DNA of 64,000 nucleotides from a bacterium (GTDB lineage Bacteria; Babelota; Babeliae; Babelales; RVW-14): NCBI GenBank assembly GCA_043822925.1, contig JBDRBF010000002.1, positions 14,562 to 78,561 of the forward strand, read 5' to 3'. Shown piece by piece: positions 56,720 to 64,000 of this stretch (position 1 is its first letter; each line of letters starts with the position of its first letter). The notes under the pieces were generated by a model. It saw only the letters and a program-made list of their open reading frames with translations, ran no database searches and was not told where the DNA came from. The position numbers and the translations under genes were made by a program.

Positions 56720-58138
56720 GTGTATAAACAGCACGTACATTTACATTTTATGGGTATTGGTGGTATTGGCATGAGTGGCATAGCCGAAATTTTACGGTTA
56801 CAGGGATACACTGTTTCTGGCTGTGATCTTTCAACAAAAAGTACTACGATCGAGCATTTACAAAGTATTGGGTGTCATATTTATGAAGGGCACGATGCTC
56901 AGCACGTGCATGATGCCGATGTGCTTGTTTATTCTTCAGCTGTTGATCAAAAGCATCCAGAAGTTTTGGCTGCGCTTGAAAAGGGGATACCGGTAATACC
57001 TCGAGCAATCATGCTTGCAGAATTAATGCGAACTAAATATAGTATTGCTGTTTCAGGCGCGCACGGTAAAACGACCACAACGTCGCTTATTTCCCATATT
57101 TTAATTGAAGCTCAAAAACACCCAACAGTAATTATTGGTGGTGTTTTAAAAAATATTGCAGCTAATGCCCAACTGGGTGACAGTAATTTACTTATTGCTG
57201 AAGCAGACGAAAGTGATCGCTCTCTTTTGTATCTCAATCCAACGATGGCTGTTGTGACTAATATAGATGCAGAGCATTTGGATACATATTCTGGTATCGA
57301 AGATATTAAAAATACGTTTAAAAATTTTTTGGCTCGCTTACCATTTTATGGCAAAGCGTTTTTATGTATAGATGACCCTAATGTTTGTTCGATATTGCCG
57401 TTACAGCATATTAATACATTTAAGTATGGGCTGAGTGAGCAGGCAGATTTGATGGGGTCTATTGTTGAACTAGCCAAGACGCAATCGTTTTTTGATGTTT
57501 ATTCGAATAAAATTAAAAATGGTATTAGAGAGAAAACGAAGCTTGGGTCTATAACGCTTAACATGTCTGGCGATCACATGGTGCTTAATGCGCTTGCAGC
57601 TATAGCTGTTTGCCTAGAACTTGAAGTTCCATTTGAGACAATTGCGCATGCGCTTGAAAATTTTGGTGGTGTCGAGCGTCGTTTTGAGTATAAAGGTATG
57701 TTTAGGGGGGTTGAGATCTTTGATGATTATGGTCATCATCCAACAGAGATACGTAAAACTCTTACTGTAGCAGGCAGACGCAAACAGAACCGTTTGCATG
57801 TCGTTTTTCAGCCTCATCGTTATTCCCGTACAGAAAAATTGTGGGATGATTTTGTTGCCGTATTTGCACGTCCTGGTAGCGATTATTCAGTTGATGTTTT
57901 GTATATAACTGATATTTATCCAGCCAGCGAGAAACCAATTGCCAATATTACGAGTGAAGTTTTGGTTGAGGCGATTAAGCTTAAGAATCCTCAGATGAAA
58001 GTTCAGTATGTTACATCATACGAGCACGCAGTGTCATTGGCTCCGCAAGCTTTAAACTCGGGCGACCTATTGCTGACTATAGGGGCTGGAAAGGTCAATA
58101 AGGTCGGTGAAATGCTGGTTTCGATGGACTCTGTTTAA
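56720..58138 (+). CDS. murC: UDP-N-acetylmuramate-L-alanine ligase
   Basis: GIGGIGMSG and GAHGKTTTTS. GTG start 8 nt after AGGGAG. Confidence 0.92.
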   Translation: MYKQHVHLHFMGIGGIGMSGIAEILRLQGYTVSGCDLSTKSTTIEHLQSIGCHIYEGHDAQHVHDADVLVYSSAVDQKHPEVLAALEKGIPVIPRAIMLAELMRTKYSIAVSGAHGKTTTTSLISHILIEAQKHPTVIIGGVLKNIAANAQLGDSNLLIAEADESDRSLLYLNPTMAVVTNIDAEHLDTYSGIEDIKNTFKNFLARLPFYGKAFLCIDDPNVCSILPLQHINTFKYGLSEQADLMGSIVELAKTQSFFDVYSNKIKNGIREKTKLGSITLNMSGDHMVLNALAAIAVCLELEVPFETIAHALENFGGVERRFEYKGMFRGVEIFDDYGHHPTEIRKTLTVAGRRKQNRLHVVFQPHRYSRTEKLWDDFVAVFARPGSDYSVDVLYITDIYPASEKPIANITSEVLVEAIKLKNPQMKVQYVTSYEHAVSLAPQALNSGDLLLTIGAGKVNKVGEMLVSMDSV

Positions 58139-58190
58139 TTTGACAAAAGAATAAACTTACGCGATGCTAGTCAGCATGTTTTAGGAGAAA

Positions 58191-58218
58191 AAGCGTGTGT
58201 GAAACACACGCTTTTTTT
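58191..58218 (+). terminator. Rho-independent terminator after murC
   Basis: AAGCGTGTGT-GAA-ACACACGCTT followed by a T7 run. Confidence 0.7.
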
Positions 58219-58258
58219 AATCAATGAAATGTTTTTATTTTACGAAAGGGACTCTTCT

Positions 58259-60244
58259 ATGTCTAATTGTTCAGTCAAAAAAATCTATCTTACTGCTCTT
58301 GTTCTGGCAATGAGCACCAGTGCTTTTGGGACAGAAAAATCAGATATACTTATAAAAAAAGTAGAAGGCAAACAGCCGATTAAAATTCAACGAGGCGATT
58401 CAGCTTTTACGGTCGGTGGTACTATTAAAGGTGAGCATTTCTTTAAAAAAAATAATCAGATGCTTAATTCTAAGCTGCCTGATGAACTTGAATTTTTTAA
58501 GAATGTTTTTGATTTTACTTTTGATTTTGCCTATGGCGAAAAAAAGTTTGAACACAAAGCTGTTGAAGCTTTTGTTGATTTAAGGCACAAGGGTTATTGG
58601 GGGCTTGGCTCTGAATATGCAAGTTCAGAAGCAACAAGTCCTGGTAACGTAAGAATTAGTGATTCTTTATTGGGGAATCACGCGCATAAAAATAATAAGC
58701 CACTTATTTGGATTAAAGAAGGCTGGTTGCAAGTTAGTGCAAGCGCTGTTGCGGGAGTTCATGCACGCAACGAACTGCATTTTCTTAAATTGGGCTGGTT
58801 CCCGTTTGAAATGGGGCGCGGTATTGCCTTGGGTTCTTTTTATGGTATGGCACGCGAATTAATTGGTACGTATAATTGGGATGAAGATAAAGCTGCTCCA
58901 GGAATATTGTTAACCGGTGAAATTACTAAAGATAAGCTTGCATATGATGTTTATTATTCAAAGTTTGAAGAACGTAATAAAAGTTTGAGCTATACGCTTA
59001 ATACTCTTAAAGAGCAACTTATTGGCCGCAAAACAACGCCATCGCGCGGTGTTGCCAAAGATAATGATTTGTTTGCCACGCGTCTTAAATGGACAGCTCT
59101 CAATACTGACCAATATGGAAAATTGAATCTTGAACCATATGTATTTTATAACGAAGCATCAGATCAAAGAATTGAGATTTTGGCTGATTCAAAAACAGAG
59201 CTAGGTAGTGTTGGTCTTTCTGCTGAGCATAAGTACAAAAATTTTGAAATAGGCGGTGATATTGCTGCAAACTTTGGTGATCAATATATTCATGGTATTG
59301 ATCGTAATGTTATTAAAGTTGAACGCGATAAAGATGGTTATTTAGCTGAGTTTTTCTCTCATATTTATGCACGAAGCGATGCGGCAAAAAGTTCCGTTTT
59401 GGTAACAGATGATAGTAAGAAAGTCGCTAAAAAACAAGCGACAGAAGGTCAAACTCTGGTAGCAGGAACTTCGTTTAGAGGCACAGATCCATTAGCAACA
59501 GATGCTGTTTTTGCAAGCAAAATTGATAGATTTAAGAATTCGTATAAAAACAAGCTTCGTGGTTGGATGGGCGTTATAGATACAGCATACACGTTTGAAG
59601 ATTGGGGTTTAACATTGGCGCTTACTTATGGATATGCATCTGGTGATAAGAACCCGTATGTAACAGCTGAAAATAAGACCTATAAAGGCTTTATTGGTGT
59701 TAACGAATCATACTCTGGCAAACGCGTAAAAAGTATTTTTTATGATGACCGTATTATGCAAGTGCCATCAGCACTTGAAGTTAATGATCGTAAAGCAGTT
59801 CAAGAAATGGCTTTCACAAACTTACATCTTACTGGTTTAGGTGCAACATGGAAGCCTGCGTTTGCTAAAGCTAAGAAATTAAGCATCAATCCAAATATGT
59901 TGCTCTATTGGAAAGATTATGCATCAAAGAAATTTGCTTATGAATTAGATAATCCAAGAAAAGGTAAAGTTCTTGATGAAAACGCAAGCAAGTTTATTGG
60001 CACAGAATTGAACTTAATGGTCAAATCTGAATTGCTTCAAGACTTAAATGCGTATGGTAATTTTGGCGCATTTATTCCAGGGGCATTTTATAAAGATATC
60101 AAGGGTGTTCCTACAGATACGAGAGATTTCTTTGTAACCGTTATTGAGCAAGGGGCTGAAACTGATGGAGAGAAGCCTGAAGATTACAGACTTGGCAACG
60201 ATGTTGCATATTTTGTTAACGTAGGCCTTTCTTATTCGTTTTAA
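58259..60244 (+). CDS. Putative outer-membrane beta-barrel protein
   Basis: From ATG 58259 the signal peptide is MSNCSVKKIYLTALVLAMSTSAFG. Ends ...VGLSYSF. The track start at 58199 lies inside the murC terminator. Confidence 0.6.
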   Translation: MSNCSVKKIYLTALVLAMSTSAFGTEKSDILIKKVEGKQPIKIQRGDSAFTVGGTIKGEHFFKKNNQMLNSKLPDELEFFKNVFDFTFDFAYGEKKFEHKAVEAFVDLRHKGYWGLGSEYASSEATSPGNVRISDSLLGNHAHKNNKPLIWIKEGWLQVSASAVAGVHARNELHFLKLGWFPFEMGRGIALGSFYGMARELIGTYNWDEDKAAPGILLTGEITKDKLAYDVYYSKFEERNKSLSYTLNTLKEQLIGRKTTPSRGVAKDNDLFATRLKWTALNTDQYGKLNLEPYVFYNEASDQRIEILADSKTELGSVGLSAEHKYKNFEIGGDIAANFGDQYIHGIDRNVIKVERDKDGYLAEFFSHIYARSDAAKSSVLVTDDSKKVAKKQATEGQTLVAGTSFRGTDPLATDAVFASKIDRFKNSYKNKLRGWMGVIDTAYTFEDWGLTLALTYGYASGDKNPYVTAENKTYKGFIGVNESYSGKRVKSIFYDDRIMQVPSALEVNDRKAVQEMAFTNLHLTGLGATWKPAFAKAKKLSINPNMLLYWKDYASKKFAYELDNPRKGKVLDENASKFIGTELNLMVKSELLQDLNAYGNFGAFIPGAFYKDIKGVPTDTRDFFVTVIEQGAETDGEKPEDYRLGNDVAYFVNVGLSYSF

Positions 60245-60255
60245 TTACGCGTCTT

Positions 60256-60288
60256 GTTATCCTACGAAGCTTTAGCGTGGTAGGATCC
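60256..60288 (+). repeat. Short palindromic element (ATCCTAC variant) just after a stop codon
   Basis: GTTATCCTACGAAGCTTTAGCGTGGTAGGATCC. Confidence 0.6.
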
Positions 60289-60341
60289 AATCTATATTAA
60301 AAGGATCAAAGTATAGTTCTATTGTTGGATTATAGATAAAA

Positions 60342-60388
60342 AGAGACAGAGCGATGATGATTTAAATCTTCATCGCTCTGTCTCTTTT
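60342..60388 (+). terminator. Rho-independent terminator
   Basis: 16-bp stem AGAGACAGAGCGATGA/TCATCGCTCTGTCTCT with a 12-nt loop and a TTTT tail. Confidence 0.65.
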
Positions 60389-60453
60389 GAGAGCTTTTAA
60401 AATAAAAATTAAAACGTGTTGTTTGAGTATAAGATTTTATTTGGAGATTTTTT

Positions 60454-61272
60454 GTGAAAAAAAATTATATTCTTGTTTTGGTGAGGCTTGGTTTTATTTT
60501 AAGTTTTTCTTGTTCTTTTGCTGCCAATATAGAATTAAAAATATATCCCAAAAGCAAAGTTAATTTTTCTTATGGCGCTAAAGAATCTCTTAACGCTGTC
60601 TTCGCGACGTTTGATGGATTTAAAAGAAAGCATGTATCGTTTCGTACAGGTGAAAGGGATGTTCCGTATTTTTATGGGGATAGGATTTTTTGTTCGAAAG
60701 ATTTAGAAAAAGCTTTCCCATCAGGAAAAGATTTTTCTTTCCCCGTTCATTTTCTCCGGCAAGTTAAAAAATTAAAAAATGATGCTGTCTTAGTTATTAA
60801 AAAATATGATTATAAAATAATGGATTTTGTTGAAATCAAAATGCCTAATGCGAAAAACAAGCGTCTATTATCTTATCTTTTACATGATGGATTAGATACT
60901 TCGAGAGATTGTCGCGATTTTTGTTTGGAAGTTTTTAGTGAGTCGCTTGAGTCAAAAGAGACGTTTATTAATTGGTTATCGTTACCTGATGAAATAGGCG
61001 ATGAGTGTGAGTTTTTTAAAGAAGAATTAGATGAGCGTGAATTTGAGCCTGGTGATGCTATTGCTCTTTGTGTTGGGGATTTTGATCAGGGATTTGAATT
61101 GCGTCATTGGATTATTGCATTAGGAGAAGGGTTGTATATTTCAAAATTTGGATGTGGTGGGAAGATTTATGTCCATAGTTTGGACTTTGCGATGCTCTAT
61201 TACAAATGTTCCTGTTTTTGTCGCGTTCGAAAGCAATTAGAAGATTGTATTATTTGTGAAAATATAATTTAG
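60454..61272 (+). CDS. NlpC/P60-like (papain-fold) protein with signal peptide
   Basis: Signal peptide; RDCRDFCLEVF resembles the DCSGF..VF catalytic-Cys motif; PGDAIAL...RHWIIALGEGLYISKFG resembles PGD..F...H.GIY.G.G..IH. Confidence 0.4.
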   Translation: MKKNYILVLVRLGFILSFSCSFAANIELKIYPKSKVNFSYGAKESLNAVFATFDGFKRKHVSFRTGERDVPYFYGDRIFCSKDLEKAFPSGKDFSFPVHFLRQVKKLKNDAVLVIKKYDYKIMDFVEIKMPNAKNKRLLSYLLHDGLDTSRDCRDFCLEVFSESLESKETFINWLSLPDEIGDECEFFKEELDEREFEPGDAIALCVGDFDQGFELRHWIIALGEGLYISKFGCGGKIYVHSLDFAMLYYKCSCFCRVRKQLEDCIICENII

Positions 61273-61287
61273 GTTTTTGAGCCCTTA

Positions 61288-61343
61288 AAATAATTAATGG
61301 CGCTTACTCTTCGATAAACTGAGTGTGAGCACCATTAATTATT
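61288..61343. terminator. Long hairpin between convergent genes, with a repeat module in its loop region
   Basis: Arms AATAATTAATGGCGCTTAC / GTGAGCACCATTAATTATT (2 mismatches). The interior CTTCGATAAACTGAGTGTGAGC matches the module seen at 26707, 9578 and 29160. Confidence 0.5.
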
Positions 61344-61367
61344 AAATTGTTTTAATATGTGTGTTTT

Positions 61368-61688
61368 TTATTCTAGGTGTGCAGCGATTTTTGCTTTAAG
61401 CATTTCTTTGTTCATAGAACCGCTTTCTTTTGCGATTACTTTGCCGTTTTTGATGAAAATAAACGTTGGGATAGATGAAACGTTGTATTGAATAGCAAGC
61501 TCGCGATTGTTATCGATGTTAAGTTTTGTGAGTTTGCACGTTTCTGAGAGTTCTTTTGCGAGCTCGTCAAATATGGGGCCCATTTGTTGGCAGGGGCCGC
61601 ACCACGGTGCAAAGACATCGATAACCACAGGAAGCGCTGATTGCATGATTTCTTGTTCGAAATTTTCAGGTGTTATAAGTATTGCCAT
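61368..61688 (-). CDS. trxA: Thioredoxin
   Basis: WCGPC active site; 106 aa. Confidence 0.9.
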   Translation of the reverse strand: MAILITPENFEQEIMQSALPVVIDVFAPWCGPCQQMGPIFDELAKELSETCKLTKLNIDNNRELAIQYNVSSIPTFIFIKNGKVIAKESGSMNKEMLKAKIAAHLE

Positions 61689-61789
61689 TTAAGTATCTTT
61701 CTTGTTTAAGTTATAGAGATTTGTACTTTGTATGTAAAATAAGCCTAACAAGGCTGATATGTTTGTCCAGAGAAGAAACAAAAATGGGC

Positions 61790-64000
61790 TTAGTGGGCTT
61801 TGTTTATATATAATAAAAGCTCCTGTTTATTTTTACTTTGTAACGGAGTCTGTTCGATGTACACCCAGCTTTTTGGGTCGTAATTTTCCACAAGGCGAGA
61901 AAATCTATTAAGCCAAATATGTTTATTATGCGTTAAGATGTCTTTTACTTTAGAGAAATCTTGTTTTGTTTTTATTTTAGAGAGCATTAAGACGCCTGAG
62001 TGATGGGTATAAATTTGATTATCTGTAAACCAGTTTTTATGTGCGTTGAATTCCATGTTAAAAGTGAGTAAGTATAGGGGACTGGGTTGCGTACTGAGCC
62101 CGCGCCAGAGAGCTTTATAGAACCAGTGTTGAAACAGACTTTGTGAGTAGCATGAAATAACACAATTTGGGATCATATCATTAAACGCAGTGCGTAACTC
62201 TTGCCCTAGCTTGAGTGCTTGATTCTCAAGAAAATTAAAATATGTTTTGGCGAGTTTATTTTGAGTAAGAAAATCTGTTTTTTGATGAACAGTTAAGAGT
62301 GGTGCGATATGTGCGAATTTGGAGTTTGATTTTTGGTTCATAAACTTTTGAAATGTTGGATGGTCAAAGCCCATGCTTGATAAAAAGATGTCGCCTGTTT
62401 TGCGGCAGTACATTTCCAAGTCAAGAACAATTCCAGCAAGTTTTATACCGTGTGAAATAGCCGGCCATTTTTTTGTAAACGTTTTGAGCGAAGCTGTAAG
62501 TTCTTGATGCCAAAAGTCTTGATTAAGAGGCGCTGGGATATCAGTATACGTGTTTCCATATAGGTCATAAGCGTAATGTTTAGGTAAATTTTCGTTATAT
62601 AGGTTATCTGCTATTTCAAATCCGACAAATATTTTGGGGACTGGTTTTTTATATTTTTTTGCGCCGGCTGCTAGTTGTTGGTTAAAGCGAGAGACTGATG
62701 CGAGAAATTCTTTTTCTTTGTTTTTATGTATAGCTATGGGGCTGTAATAGACGTTTGGGGTCAGGCTTATCCATAAAGAATCTAGGCCTGCTTGATAAAT
62801 GTATTGAATAAGTAAGTTTTGTCTTTTTTTCCTATCTTTTTCTTTGGCTATCTTTTGCGCCGGCGTAAGTTTTGGATTAGCGGGAAGATCTTCGAATAAT
62901 GGGATCTCCATCCAGGCGGTTTTCTTCATGGTATCAGGATAAGATGATTTTGGGAGTTCTTGGCCAAAAAGTGTACTTTGTTTTTTTTGAGTTTTAAATT
63001 TTATGTTTTTTTGTTGTGTAAAACGTGCGTATAATTCATATGTCATGTTATTGATATTGTCGAGCATGTTGTTTCTGAGTGCAAAATCCATGGGGCAAAC
63101 CTGAAAGTTTTCGGCTAGGCTTGAGAAAGATATTGTTGCTTTTGTCGTAATAAAAATATTATTTTTGTTTGTTGGATTCGTCCAGTATATCCCATATGGA
63201 AAAGTATTGCTCAGTTCTCGTGTTGATTTAGTTTCTGGTGTTGGTAATGTCGCAAGATTTTTATTTTGTGCGAGTATATTATTGATTGTTTGATTATAAA
63301 AGAGTGTTGGAATATTTGGTAGGCGAAGTGTCGTGTGGTATGAAACGCGTACTTCTATTGGTACGGTAAGAAACTGGTTAGTTACATATAAAAAATCGTT
63401 ATAAGAGTTTTCTGGTGATATTTTGGCATCAGTTGCTTGTTGGGCGTTTGCTGCTTGTTTGTATGTTGGGATATGATTTTTAAATGTTTGATCGACAATG
63501 TGTAAGATCGGCAAGATCTTTTGGATCATATCTTCGTTTTGGCTGCGAGCATGAAGCGTTGGCAAAATAAGCCCGATAAGTTTATCTTTTTGTTTCGCGT
63601 AATAATTTAAAATATTAAGTATTTTGAATGTTAATGGTGAGCGTGTATTTATGCCACGTAAAAATTCGATGCCAAGAATAAAAAAGACACCGTGATAGGT
63701 GTCTAAAAATGTTTGCATGTTTTTTTCTTCTGGTTCTATTTGGTCCATGAGCGTGTCTATGCCTATGTATGTTGTTTTAAAGCCGGCTATTTGCATGTTT
63801 TCTATAAAAGGCTTAAATGCAACTTCGTCTCGTTCTGTTGTGTCTAGTAGGGCTATGTGTGGTGAAAGTTGTGTTTGAGTGATGGGAGTGATAGGTGCGT
63901 TTGTCTTGATTGACTTAGTGCTTGGAGTGTGTGGTGCTTTTGTATTTTTGGCAAAACCAGGGGCGATTAAGAAAATGTTTGTGAATAATATACAGCTTAA
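61790..64000 (-). CDS. Large hypothetical protein with apparent signal-peptide core, 5' end beyond the window
   Basis: Own translation shows the frame stays open from 63796 to 64000 (...LSCILFTNIFLIAPGFAKNTKAPHTPS...). That stretch looks like a signal-peptide h-region, so the track start at 63796 is internal. Confidence 0.55.
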   Translation of the reverse strand, partial: LSCILFTNIFLIAPGFAKNTKAPHTPSTKSIKTNAPITPITQTQLSPHIALLDTTERDEVAFKPFIENMQIAGFKTTYIGIDTLMDQIEPEEKNMQTFLDTYHGVFFILGIEFLRGINTRSPLTFKILNILNYYAKQKDKLIGLILPTLHARSQNEDMIQKILPILHIVDQTFKNHIPTYKQAANAQQATDAKISPENSYNDFLYVTNQFLTVPIEVRVSYHTTLRLPNIPTLFYNQTINNILAQNKNLATLPTPETKSTRELSNTFPYGIYWTNPTNKNNIFITTKATISFSSLAENFQVCPMDFALRNNMLDNINNMTYELYARFTQQKNIKFKTQKKQSTLFGQELPKSSYPDTMKKTAWMEIPLFEDLPANPKLTPAQKIAKEKDRKKRQNLLIQYIYQAGLDSLWISLTPNVYYSPIAIHKNKEKEFLASVSRFNQQLAAGAKKYKKPVPKIFVGFEIADNLYNENLPKHYAYDLYGNTYTDIPAPLNQDFWHQELTASLKTFTKKWPAISHGIKLAGIVLDLEMYCRKTGDIFLSSMGFDHPTFQKFMNQKSNSKFAHIAPLLTVHQKTDFLTQNKLAKTYFNFLENQALKLGQELRTAFNDMIPNCVISCYSQSLFQHWFYKALWRGLSTQPSPLYLLTFNMEFNAHKNWFTDNQIYTHHSGVLMLSKIKTKQDFSKVKDILTHNKHIWLNRFSRLVENYDPKSWVYIEQTPLQSKNKQELLLYINKAH

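Noticed and set aside
58199-58258. Upstream GTG start giving a 681-aa OMP
   Set aside because: The GTG lies inside the murC terminator hairpin, and it would place 20 residues ahead of an otherwise typical signal peptide. ATG 58259 is preferred.
6879-60288. Whether the dispersed palindromic repeats form a CRISPR array
   Set aside because: The copies are not regularly spaced, have variable length and orientation, lie kilobases apart, and no cas genes are present.

Overview
Visibly AT-rich, gene-dense chromosomal window from a diderm bacterium. It has the outer-membrane and envelope set (bamA, tolQ-tolR-tolA-like-tolB, kdsC plus an lptC-like gene, lspA, uppS, murC). Most of the rest is housekeeping: mgtE, rluD, truB, tmk, holB, gpsA, pheT, ftsH, rpmB, rpsT, cca and trxA. 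I support about 57 CDS and 2 tRNAs (initiator tRNA-fMet, tRNA-Ala GGC). I saw no rRNA, CRISPR array or prophage. Four things stand out.
(1) A family of short GC-rich mosaic palindromic elements with termini GTCATCCYRGA...TCYGGGAT(CC) occurs at 13 or more loci. Most copies sit just after stop codons. Two are inserted in frame inside essential genes (holB, gpsA). One supplies the C-terminus and stop of tmk, one may supply the start codon of an acyl-CoA ligase, and inverted copies bracket a small GIY-YIG nuclease gene. This behaviour resembles Rickettsia palindromic elements and BIME/REP mosaics.
(2) An IS200/RAYT-like Y1 transposase cassette has 34/45-nt inverted ends. It is flanked by a ~105-bp direct duplication of a porin gene's 3' end plus its terminator.
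(3) There are eukaryote-like ubiquitin-pathway look-alikes: a 709-aa signal-peptide protein with RING1-like, IBR-like and RING2-like cysteine motifs, and a Skp1/BTB-like protein. Signal-peptide-bearing GNAT-like and NlpC/P60-like proteins lie nearby. Together these suggest a host-associated lifestyle.
(4) A 1,854-codon signal-peptide protein is followed on the same strand by a beta-barrel outer-membrane protein.
All calls rest on reading the sequence and the ORF translations by eye. No database search or computation was run.
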